Positions 30,871-39,574 of a stretch of 64,000 nucleotides of DNA are shown piece by piece. The position numbers and the translations under genes are program-made. The notes beneath the pieces are model-generated. The model worked only from the letters and a program-made list of their open reading frames with translations. It did not search any database and was not told where the DNA came from. Source of the stretch: an uncultured virus (IMG/VR IMGVR_UViG_3300002835_000031) (taxonomy: Duplodnaviria > Heunggongvirae > Uroviricota > Caudoviricetes); the IMG/VR virus record IMGVR_UViG_3300002835_000031; one strand, given 5' to 3'. Position 1 is the first letter of the stretch; every line of letters starts with the position of its first letter.

Positions 30871-31271
30871 TATCTTGCTCTGCTAATAGTTGTTGCTACG
30901 GTTATAGGTTCTTCGGTATTACTAAGTGCGAATGTTACTTCTATATCAATTGCATTTTTATCAGAATTATCAATAATCTGAATATCTATAATTCTTGCCC
31001 TTGGCTCAAATTTTCGTATAGTGGTTTCAATTGATTTTTCTAATGCAGTAATTGTAGATGGTATAAAATTTTCAAAAATCAACGCACTAATTTGACTACC
31101 TATTTCCGGGTGAAATGGTCTCTCATAATTTTTTGTCAGAATTAAATTCTGAATAGCAGTTTTTACTGCGTCAGCATTTGTTCTAGTTAAAACATCTTTT
31201 GAATAAGGATGCGGCTTAAATAACAGATTTAAATCTGTATATCTTCGTACAATTCGATTTACGGTTGCCAT
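30870..31271 (-). CDS. gp25: baseplate wedge subunit
   Basis: NLILTKNYERPFHPEIGS and FEPRA motifs. Confidence 0.94.
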   Translation of the reverse strand: MATVNRIVRRYTDLNLLFKPHPYSKDVLTRTNADAVKTAIQNLILTKNYERPFHPEIGSQISALIFENFIPSTITALEKSIETTIRKFEPRARIIDIQIIDNSDKNAIDIEVTFALSNTEEPITVATTISRAR

Positions 31272-31328
31272 TTTTATATTTATTGTTTTTGGTAAGAGGC
31301 TAGAACATTATTATTTATGTAGTAATTT

Positions 31329-33395
31329 TTATCCATAATTTACAAACGAATTGCGAGCCCCAGGAGCATTGGCACTGTGATTTACCAGTGTACCTATAGG
31401 CATTGCAGATTTTGATCCGTTGCTAGCTGCCGCAACGTGTATCCAAGCAACTATTTTTCCATTTGGTTTTTTAGCATATTCTAGCAATACTTGTTTATAT
31501 GGAGTATTTGCCTCAATCCATTTTGCAATATCATAATAATCATCGTTTGACCTGCCTGTAAATTGTATATCTACTGCCTGTCCTTTATCATGATCCGATC
31601 CTTCATTTTTACTTCTAAACCCGCTGGTTATAATCATATCAGGATATTGTTCTTTTATTTTATCTAATACGTTTACGGATAAGTGTTTTAGATTTCCTAC
31701 AATCTGAGCAGAGGTTAGTCCACCTTGATCCCTGACTGCGTACGATGAAGCAGCGGCTCTGGTTGAAAGATCTCCTAATGTAAAATATTTTGATAACTTC
31801 ATAGAATCTGGGAAAGTCTTCAATCCTGCAAATTCTGATACATCTACCGGTGTTGGTTGAACGCCTCCGGTTATCGATGAAGATTTTTCTGTATTAGTAT
31901 CTCTAGATAATGTTGTTAGATCTTCTACGTTTGTAGTAATTTCATTATTTTTAATCCTTGCTGCAGTATAAGTTTCTGCGCTTTTATCTAAAGAATCTCC
32001 TAAGAATATACTTTCCGGGCTATCGGGTCTTACAGAATCTTTAATAATTACAGGTGTAGGTGATTTAACTTCAGGAGGTGTTGGCACAGGAAGCGTAGTA
32101 GTGGATACTTGTATGGACCCCATTTTTGTTTTTACGGTTGCCGCATCTAATAACAATTCTAATCCGCCCTTTACACTTGCGGTTGTGCCTGCTTGCAATG
32201 CAACTTCTTTTGCAGCTTTTGCAGCAAATGCGCCGGTTTTTGCATTTAGTGTGATACTACTACCTTGTATGTTAACAGGCCCGTCACTTGTAATTTGTAC
32301 ACTAGATTTGCCGGATACTTTAATATCATCTCCAACTATTTGAACTGTTTGCGCCGCTTGCACTAAAGCAGATCTATGTGTTAAAATACTGGCTTCGCCG
32401 TCTACTTCAATGTCTGCATCATTTTGTACGAGTATTTTTGTAGTGCCACCTACTGTTAAATTATATGCACCTTTAACATATACATAACCATTTTTATCAG
32501 TTAATTCATAACTATCACCTACAGTCTTTTTAACAGATGAACCATTTACATCTATTTCAATATAGGATCCTTTTTTATGATATATGTGAATTCTTTCAGC
32601 ATTTGGACTAGAATCTAATTCAATGACATGCCCTGCTTCAGTTTCAATAACTTGGTTGTACGGATACAAGGCGTTATATGCCGATTCCGGTTCATCCCAT
32701 GTTCCCGTTGATTGCGCTTTGGATATACTTGTTTTTCTATTTTTAGTTTTTAACGCAAAATACTTATGTGATTTATCCTCTGCTGCTAATTTATTAGTGT
32801 CGGGTTTTTCTGAATACTCGATCTTAGGATACACTCCATTTGGATCTTTGAATGCTTTGGCCTTTACATCCGATGGATTGTTTAAAGGACCTGAAGATTT
32901 AGCTTTTGGATTATTTGGATGATTTAAAAATGATGAATTTTGATCATAATTAGAATCTGCAACATCTGTTCCAGTTTGTATTGGGTTACCTGAAATATCG
33001 GTTACTGGATTGCCTGAAGAAGTTGTTAATAAATTGTTCGCAGCTAATTGATCTTGCGCAATTTTCTTATCAGCGTTTGGATGTTTTTCATTTTTGCCTG
33101 CAAGAGTACCCATCATTACAGGCTGTTGTCCTTCTTCATTATCTAAGAACCAACCAAATACCCAAGTGCCTTCAACTGGGCCAACAGGTGCAATACCGAT
33201 ACCAGATGTAGCGGCAGATGTTATTGGCTGCATGGGAATAGCCCATGGCAAATCTGCTTTAGGCAACACGGTCAAATCATCTATATGATATCCAAATATT
33301 CTTACTTTACATCTACCTAATTTTTCGGGATCTTGTCTATCTTCAACTACCCCTACCCACCAGGTAAAATTTTGTCCGCCATACAGGTTATTCAT
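31329..33395 (-). CDS. gp5: baseplate hub/needle protein with C-terminal M15-type peptidase
   Basis: OB-fold WWVGVVEDRQDPEKLGRCKVRIFG; YPYNQVIETEAGH; beta-helix repeats; C-terminal LSKYFTL...ITSGFR...SDHDKGQAVD...WIHV. Confidence 0.92.
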   Translation of the reverse strand: MNNLYGGQNFTWWVGVVEDRQDPEKLGRCKVRIFGYHIDDLTVLPKADLPWAIPMQPITSAATSGIGIAPVGPVEGTWVFGWFLDNEEGQQPVMMGTLAGKNEKHPNADKKIAQDQLAANNLLTTSSGNPVTDISGNPIQTGTDVADSNYDQNSSFLNHPNNPKAKSSGPLNNPSDVKAKAFKDPNGVYPKIEYSEKPDTNKLAAEDKSHKYFALKTKNRKTSISKAQSTGTWDEPESAYNALYPYNQVIETEAGHVIELDSSPNAERIHIYHKKGSYIEIDVNGSSVKKTVGDSYELTDKNGYVYVKGAYNLTVGGTTKILVQNDADIEVDGEASILTHRSALVQAAQTVQIVGDDIKVSGKSSVQITSDGPVNIQGSSITLNAKTGAFAAKAAKEVALQAGTTASVKGGLELLLDAATVKTKMGSIQVSTTTLPVPTPPEVKSPTPVIIKDSVRPDSPESIFLGDSLDKSAETYTAARIKNNEITTNVEDLTTLSRDTNTEKSSSITGGVQPTPVDVSEFAGLKTFPDSMKLSKYFTLGDLSTRAAASSYAVRDQGGLTSAQIVGNLKHLSVNVLDKIKEQYPDMIITSGFRSKNEGSDHDKGQAVDIQFTGRSNDDYYDIAKWIEANTPYKQVLLEYAKKPNGKIVAWIHVAAASNGSKSAMPIGTLVNHSANAPGARNSFVNYG

Positions 33396-33404
33396 AATTA
33401 TCTT

Positions 33405-34742
33405 TCAAAACGCAGTAGTTGATACATTTGTGGCATCTATTAAAGTTGCGGCAGCAGGATCAAACGAATCTTTTATTATTTCCATAGATATACTATGAGT
33501 TAATATATTAATTTTGTGGTTGATTGCAGTTATTAAATATCTTCCAGAATACTTAGGATCAATTTTATCTTTGGCAATATCAGCTTCGCTAGGAGGATCC
33601 ATATCAGGAAATTTTACATTCATAAATTGCCCAGCTTCTATATCTGTTCGGCCATGTATTATTATGTTTAATTTTAAATTGCTCAACTCTTTTATATTTG
33701 ATAATCTATTGCCATAAATTTCACCCATGCGTTCATTATAATTCTTTTTAACTCCGGTGTGCAGATTAGGATATTTAGGATAAACACGCACATGAGAATT
33801 TACATTTCGGGTAATCGCATTCGTTGAAAATAAAGGAGAAGGATTATATTGTGTCGAGTGTTTATATTTTGAGTATTGCTCAACGTGATCGTATTCTGTA
33901 ACTTCTTGTTTTTTATTGTATAAATTTAATGAAATTAATTTACTTGCAAAATACCCAGAATCTAATCCTACAACATAGTCAAGTCCATTTTGTACAGATA
34001 ACTCTGTGATTAAAGTCATCTTTTCTTCTATATCGTCAGTGCCAACAGATACACCGGTTGCTGCATATCTGTAATCACCTATAGAATTTCCATTTTGAAA
34101 TAAAGTTTCTAAACTACCAAAATAGAATGATTTAGTTGATTCCCAGAATAAAAAATTGCAGGCTTTTCCGTCGCTGGGAATAGTTTTCTTTGCTAACCAA
34201 TTTATACATTTAAAGGGACTCCACCCATTACTTAGAAATTTCACATTGTTATCTGCACCGGTAAAAACAATTAAGTCTTTACCCATTTTTAAATTATTGT
34301 TAAATAAATCTTGTACTATTTTTGTTATATTTCCTTTAAATGGGGAATATAACATTGAATATGAATCTACAATTGCCTCAGGAGAAATTAACTTTAGTTT
34401 ATAAATTTGAGTATTTTGATCTCTTGCCAAGACTCTATCTTCAACTGTAAAAACTCTAAATATTTTTTCAATTTTATATTTGTTATCATTATTAAATCCA
34501 GGTGTTTTTAAACGCACGCTTAAATATTCTTCTCCGGTAATTGGAAAATGTCTTATTAAATTTGCACTATCTGATAATATTATTTCTCCGCTTATAACAT
34601 TACTAAATATGCTTTCATATAAATTTAATTCTATAAGATAATCTATTAGAGAGATAGATTTTCCGTTAGTAGATATCAGAGATAATTCTTCGATTGATAC
34701 TTCGCCTGGGGTTTGTAACCCATCTTGAACCGTGTTACTCAT
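33405..34742 (-). CDS. baseplate hub protein, gp27-like
   Basis: 445 aa between gp53 and gp5; LYESIF...SGEIILSD, FLFWE and YSGRYLITAINH motifs. Confidence 0.65.
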   Translation of the reverse strand: MSNTVQDGLQTPGEVSIEELSLISTNGKSISLIDYLIELNLYESIFSNVISGEIILSDSANLIRHFPITGEEYLSVRLKTPGFNNDNKYKIEKIFRVFTVEDRVLARDQNTQIYKLKLISPEAIVDSYSMLYSPFKGNITKIVQDLFNNNLKMGKDLIVFTGADNNVKFLSNGWSPFKCINWLAKKTIPSDGKACNFLFWESTKSFYFGSLETLFQNGNSIGDYRYAATGVSVGTDDIEEKMTLITELSVQNGLDYVVGLDSGYFASKLISLNLYNKKQEVTEYDHVEQYSKYKHSTQYNPSPLFSTNAITRNVNSHVRVYPKYPNLHTGVKKNYNERMGEIYGNRLSNIKELSNLKLNIIIHGRTDIEAGQFMNVKFPDMDPPSEADIAKDKIDPKYSGRYLITAINHKINILTHSISMEIIKDSFDPAAATLIDATNVSTTAF

Positions 34743-35332
34743 TCTTTTATGATCTTATTAAAATCGGAATCTATTCCCGATACTAATTCGGGTTTTAAAA
34801 TACTAATACGCCTTCTTTTTTCATTTAGTGAATCCTCATACATAAAGTTTGTAATTGGAAATAAATTATTTGTAGGAGCATTCTGAGATACTATTGGAGA
34901 AGAAAATGTTCCGGAACTTTGCACAACTAAAGAAATGGGATTATTAAATGTCGATCCGGGTTGTAACATTCTATAACCATTGATAATATATTCCGCTTGA
35001 TTAGCATAATGATGTATATGATATACTTGATTCTTACCATATTTACCACTGCAATATTCGTTCAACATATTGAAATCCATGGGCCAATCAAATCTAGGAT
35101 CAATAATGTCATTTGCCATTAATATAATCCAATGAAAAGTTGAGTCACCATAAAATTTATCTGCTAAAATTTCAGGAGTTTCTCCGTCACGAATATCATA
35201 CTTATCAAAAAACGCATCATTGTTTTTTAACTGATCTGAGAATTTTACTCGTCGTAAAATATCAGGCACAAGTTGATATGTACTTGTGTTATCAAGCGTA
35301 TACGCAAGTAGAGGAAATTTACTAAAAAACAT
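34739..35332 (-). CDS. gp53: baseplate wedge subunit
   Basis: MFFSKFP, LysM-like YDIRDGETPEILADKFYGD..HWIILMAN and YEDSLNEKRRRISIL motifs. Confidence 0.92.
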   Translation of the reverse strand: MFFSKFPLLAYTLDNTSTYQLVPDILRRVKFSDQLKNNDAFFDKYDIRDGETPEILADKFYGDSTFHWIILMANDIIDPRFDWPMDFNMLNEYCSGKYGKNQVYHIHHYANQAEYIINGYRMLQPGSTFNNPISLVVQSSGTFSSPIVSQNAPTNNLFPITNFMYEDSLNEKRRRISILKPELVSGIDSDFNKIIKE

Positions 35333-36433
35333 TTAATATCCTTGTCGAATAGAATCTTTAGTTAACAATTCTAATTCTCTAAAACTTAATGTGATGTTAA
35401 TTTCTGTAGGTGACCCATCTGAAAATGCTGCAAATTGTTCGCCGCCGTAATCTACAGACATATCAGTTAAAGCACATTGAGAAATTCTATTAAAGTATGG
35501 GTTTTCTTTATTTTTATAATAATAAACAATCTCAAACTCCGAAGGGTAAATGTAAAAATATCCTCCCTTAGATAATTCAGGGTGCATATGTTCTTTAAAT
35601 GTTTGAATAATGTTGTATACTGCTTGAGACTCTGTTCTGTCTTTCGGCATAAATCTATATCTAAAATTAAATTGTCTATAATCAACACCTTCAAAAAATA
35701 CCTCTCTAAACGGATTTGTTCTAACCTTTGCACTTAATTGCGCAATATCTCCCAAACCTGCTGACCCAAACCCCGGCAACATTGATGGGATTTTAGCTAA
35801 CTGTAATGCAAATGCTGATCCAAGTTCTCCGCCACTATTTTTAAAAGATTCGGTTATTGATGAATTATCGGTTAAAAATCCTCCCAATATACCCATATCT
35901 TTGTCTTGATAATTTATGCCATATTTTACACTAGGTCTTTCTTCAAGATGTAATGTTATAACATCTTTTAATCTTGATTTATTATCAGGCCTTAATGTAT
36001 CACCCAATGTAGCTGCAGCTACAACCGCCCCAGCGGTTCCTGCTGTTACCAGAGCAGTTTTTATACCTACCGCGCCTGCTCTACTAGGATCATCTATTGC
36101 TGTTTGTAATGCTGCAGCAACGCCTGTTGCCGCAGATAAGGCTCCTATTTTAGTAACAGTTCCTGTACCGGAGGCTGTTAAATCATAATTATCTGATCTT
36201 CTATTTCTTACATTAACATCGGCTTTTTGATAAGATTCAAAAAATTTAGATTTACCTCGAATATTAACAAAGAATGCTACGTAGTGTTGTAAATCCGGAG
36301 ATTTGCCCACACCGCTAGGATATGTATACTGGTTAACATTATACTTGTTAGATTCTGGGAAACTAAAGGGAGCGTCGTATTTCTTAGCTCTATTTTCCGT
36401 ATATTCTCGTATGTCTTTTGGGATATCTGCCAT
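35333..36433 (-). CDS. gp48: baseplate tail-tube cap
   Basis: NPFREVFFEGVDYRQFNFRYRFMPK, YPSEFEI and LSFRELELLTK motifs. Confidence 0.88.
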   Translation of the reverse strand: MADIPKDIREYTENRAKKYDAPFSFPESNKYNVNQYTYPSGVGKSPDLQHYVAFFVNIRGKSKFFESYQKADVNVRNRRSDNYDLTASGTGTVTKIGALSAATGVAAALQTAIDDPSRAGAVGIKTALVTAGTAGAVVAAATLGDTLRPDNKSRLKDVITLHLEERPSVKYGINYQDKDMGILGGFLTDNSSITESFKNSGGELGSAFALQLAKIPSMLPGFGSAGLGDIAQLSAKVRTNPFREVFFEGVDYRQFNFRYRFMPKDRTESQAVYNIIQTFKEHMHPELSKGGYFYIYPSEFEIVYYYKNKENPYFNRISQCALTDMSVDYGGEQFAAFSDGSPTEINITLSFRELELLTKDSIRQGY

Positions 36434-36441
36434 ATTTTGCC

Positions 36442-36471
36442 TATAAATATTATAGTTATTAATTATTTATA
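36442..36471. promoter_or_regulatory. face-to-face pair of T4 late promoters
   Basis: TATAAATA on plus at 36442-36449 (toward gp4) and on minus at 36464-36471 (toward gp48) in the 44-nt gap at the strand switch. Confidence 0.8.
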
Positions 36472-36477
36472 TGAGTT

Positions 36478-36927
36478 ATGTACACCAAAACCTACAAAGG
36501 CCGATTTAGGGTATTGAATCCTGCAAAATATAAAGGCGACATTACTACGGTAATCTATAGGTCTCTATGGGAACTTAGATTTATGAAATGGTGCGATCAG
36601 AGCCCCTCAATTATAGAATGGGGATCTGAGACCGTTATAATACCCTACGTGTCCCCGGTTGATAAAAAGGTGCACAGATATTTTGTAGATTTTTATATAA
36701 AAGTTAAATCTAAGAACAATACGACTGAGAAGTTCCTCATAGAAATAAAACCCGAAAAATTTACTAAACCGCCAGAAATCCCTAAAAAGAAAACAAAACG
36801 GTTTATTGACGAAGTTTTCCAGTACGGCGTAAATGAAGCTAAATGGAAAGCAGCTTTTGAATTTTGTACTGATCGAAATATGAAATTTATAGTATTAACC
36901 GAAAAAGATTTAGGATTATCCAAGTAA
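36478..36927 (+). CDS. gp4: head completion nuclease
   Basis: NPAKYKGD, YRSLWE, WGSE, HRYFVDF, IEIKP, NEAKWKAA and TEKDL motifs. Confidence 0.95.
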   Translation: MYTKTYKGRFRVLNPAKYKGDITTVIYRSLWELRFMKWCDQSPSIIEWGSETVIIPYVSPVDKKVHRYFVDFYIKVKSKNNTTEKFLIEIKPEKFTKPPEIPKKKTKRFIDEVFQYGVNEAKWKAAFEFCTDRNMKFIVLTEKDLGLSK

Positions 36928-37487
36928 TGGCCACCAACGCGTTTGAAACAATTAGGCTAAATGCCGCCGGAGAAGAAAAGTCATACCAATGGTATAGGCA
37001 GCAAATTGCATCTTTGGGCAAACTAACAAATACTAATCAGATATTAAGAGATACAAAAATTGCTACTAGACTTATTCCTGGCGAAATGTACTTGTTTTAT
37101 TATGACCCTAAGTACAAAGATACTTTGCCTTACTATGATAGATTGCCGCTAGTATTACCTTTTAGAAAAGTACCAGATGGCTTTTATGGAATAAACCTAC
37201 ATTATTTACCATATATGATGAGATTCAGAATATTAGGGCTTTTATCAGACTACTCCACGGGTAAAGATGAAGATACTAGAATTCAATTATCTTGGAGACT
37301 ATTAAATGCCTCTTCAAGATTACATCCGGCAAAATTCGCAGTAAAACACTATTTAAATTCACACGTCAAATCTCGTCTTTATAAAATACCCTATACCGAT
37401 TGGGTAACTGCTTCTCAATTACCTGTTGAAAAATTTGTCGGTGCACAGAAAACTAAAGTCTGGCAAGACTTTAACAGAACACTATAA
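36927..37487 (+). CDS. gp2: DNA end protector protein
   Basis: YDPKYKDTLPYYDRLPL, GINLHYLP and VKHYL motifs. Confidence 0.93.
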   Translation: MATNAFETIRLNAAGEEKSYQWYRQQIASLGKLTNTNQILRDTKIATRLIPGEMYLFYYDPKYKDTLPYYDRLPLVLPFRKVPDGFYGINLHYLPYMMRFRILGLLSDYSTGKDEDTRIQLSWRLLNASSRLHPAKFAVKHYLNSHVKSRLYKIPYTDWVTASQLPVEKFVGAQKTKVWQDFNRTL

Positions 37488-37495
37488 AGGACATA

Positions 37496-38119
37496 ATGTC
37501 AAACTTTAGTATATCAAATTTTATTTCGGAAGTAAATATTAGAGGTTTAGCTAGACCCAATAGATTTGAAGTATTTATTCTCCCGCCTTCCGGATTGGGG
37601 GCTTTCACTGGTAGCGGAAGACTTGTTAGTTTATTGTGCGAGTCTGCTAGTTTACCTGCAATGAGCGTATCTACAAAGCCTTTTAGAATCTACGGAGCAA
37701 GTTATCAAAGACCAGTATCTTCAGAATTTAATGGAGATGGAATAACTTTATCTTTCTATATAGATAACAAAATGGAAGTTAAATCTTTCTTTGACGCTTG
37801 GATGTTCAAAGTTGTCAATCCAAATTCTTTTAATGTTAGCTATCAGCAGGAATATGTGTCGCAAATTAAAATAGCGCAATTAGATGAACAGAATAATGAA
37901 AGTTATTCAGTATATCTAGAAGATGCATTTCCCAGAGCAGTTAATATGTTAGATTTAAATATGGGGTCGACAAATCAAGTACACAAATTAAATGTTACAT
38001 TTGCGTACAGAAGATGGTTTCCCGAAAGCGAATTATTAAACAGAATAAATTTTAACCCCAACTTATCTGATTTTGCAGCTGGGGCAGCATCCGGGGCAGT
38101 ACTCGGACAATCTTTTTAA
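37496..38119 (+). CDS. gp54: baseplate tail-tube initiator (tube-fold protein, gp54-like)
   Basis: GLARPNRFEV, CESASLP, AFPRAVN and VTFAYRRW: a gp19-family fold in the baseplate cluster. Confidence 0.7.
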   Translation: MSNFSISNFISEVNIRGLARPNRFEVFILPPSGLGAFTGSGRLVSLLCESASLPAMSVSTKPFRIYGASYQRPVSSEFNGDGITLSFYIDNKMEVKSFFDAWMFKVVNPNSFNVSYQQEYVSQIKIAQLDEQNNESYSVYLEDAFPRAVNMLDLNMGSTNQVHKLNVTFAYRRWFPESELLNRINFNPNLSDFAAGAASGAVLGQSF

Positions 38120-38133
38120 CATAGGAAATTATT

Positions 38134-38829
38134 ATGCCTTTACCAATATTAGAAACGCCAAACTATGAATTGATGTTACCATCAACCGGCAAAAAAATTA
38201 AATATAGACCATTTCTAGTTAAAGAATATAAAATTCTATTAACAACAATGGAAGCAGAAAGCAAAGAGATATCTAGAATAGTTACAGAACTTGTAGATAA
38301 TTGTACATTTAAAAAATTAGATATTGATAAATTAGCAAGCTTTGATATAGAATATTTATTCTTAAACATACGAGCAAGGTCTATAAGCGAAACTACTGAT
38401 ATCATTATTAATTGTGACTGCGGAGAAAAAATAGACTACAGTATGGATTTAACAAAGATTGAAGTCGATAAGCCAACTGGTATAGAAAACAAAATTATGT
38501 TGACTGATGATATCGGGGTCGTTATGCGATATCCTAGATTTGACGAAATATTAGATATATACGAAAACTCAAATTCCGATAAAATTTTATCATTAGTTGG
38601 AAATTGTATAGATGCCGTTTATACGAAGACGGAATACTTTGATAAGGATACTTATTCTGAAAAAGAATTAGATGATTTTGTTAGTTCTTTCTCAAAGAAT
38701 CAATTTGACCTATTGGAAAAATTCTTTGAGAAATTGCCAAGAATTGTGCATCATATTGAAGCCGATTGCCCGGCATGTGGTAAGAAAAATACAGTGGATT
38801 TAGAGGGCCTGCAAAATTTTTTCGTCTAA
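38134..38829 (+). CDS. gp26: baseplate hub assembly protein
   Basis: MPLPILETPNYELMLPSTGKKIKYRPFLVKE, DIEYLFLNIRARS, CPACG and LEGLQNFF motifs. Confidence 0.92.
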   Translation: MPLPILETPNYELMLPSTGKKIKYRPFLVKEYKILLTTMEAESKEISRIVTELVDNCTFKKLDIDKLASFDIEYLFLNIRARSISETTDIIINCDCGEKIDYSMDLTKIEVDKPTGIENKIMLTDDIGVVMRYPRFDEILDIYENSNSDKILSLVGNCIDAVYTKTEYFDKDTYSEKELDDFVSSFSKNQFDLLEKFFEKLPRIVHHIEADCPACGKKNTVDLEGLQNFFV

Positions 38830-38849
38830 CTCTTTCTCATGATAGTTTA

Positions 38850-39011
38850 GTGAATTATTATCAATTGAATTTCTCGTTAATGCAGCACCATAAATACTCA
38901 TTAACAGAAATTGAAAATATGATTCCATGGGAAAGAGAAATTTATGTGTCTATGTTGATTAATTATATTGGTGAGGAAAATCGTAAAATACAAACTAAGA
39001 AACAGGGGTAA
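38850..39011 (+). CDS. gp51: baseplate hub assembly catalyst, gp51-like (not in ORF track)
   Basis: Manual translation (V)NYYQLNFSLMQHHKYSLTEIENMIPWEREIYVSMLINYIGEEN...; start uncertain (GTG 38850, ATG 38880, or frameshift entry from gp26). Confidence 0.85.
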   Translation: MNYYQLNFSLMQHHKYSLTEIENMIPWEREIYVSMLINYIGEENRKIQTKKQG

Positions 39012-39016
39012 TTAAT

Positions 39017-39574
39017 ATGTTAGGTAATAATAAAACTGAAGAAGTTATAGAAGAAAAGAAAAAACCAGATGAAGACTGGATGACAAAAAAATGGCGTCCT
39101 ATGATGGCAATGATGTATATGTCTTGCTGTTTGTTTGATTTTGCTCTATTTCCAATCATGTTCACAATTGTGCAGTTCTGGGAAGTCCAAGCTGCTAATG
39201 ACGCATTTAGACAATGGGTACCTATTACCCTACAAGGTGGTGGATTATTTCACGTAGCGATGGGTGCGGTATTGGGTGTTTCTGCGTATGGTAGAACACA
39301 GGAAAAAGTTGCAGGCGCATCAAATGTCTCAACCAGCTTTTCATCAGGTGGGGTACCAACGCCTAACCTATCTTCGGCAGTACCGTCATTCTCTGGCGGA
39401 GGATTTAACTCCCAAACACAATCAACCGGCTTTGGACCTCAGACTCAATCATTCGGATCTTCTCAGTCATTTAATACTACAGAAACAACAACTGAATTTA
39501 GCATGAGTCCCGCTTCGGTCGATAATAGTTTTGGAAACGCACCGTCCAAACCAATAGTTAGAAGACCTGTATAA
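39017..39574 (+). CDS. putative holin (3-TM/GTA-holin-like) with S/T/G/F-rich tail
   Basis: DWMTKKWRPMMAMMYM...FDFALFP and LFHVAMGAVLGVSAYGRTQEK; hydrophobic segments. Confidence 0.65.
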   Translation: MLGNNKTEEVIEEKKKPDEDWMTKKWRPMMAMMYMSCCLFDFALFPIMFTIVQFWEVQAANDAFRQWVPITLQGGGLFHVAMGAVLGVSAYGRTQEKVAGASNVSTSFSSGGVPTPNLSSAVPSFSGGGFNSQTQSTGFGPQTQSFGSSQSFNTTETTTEFSMSPASVDNSFGNAPSKPIVRRPV

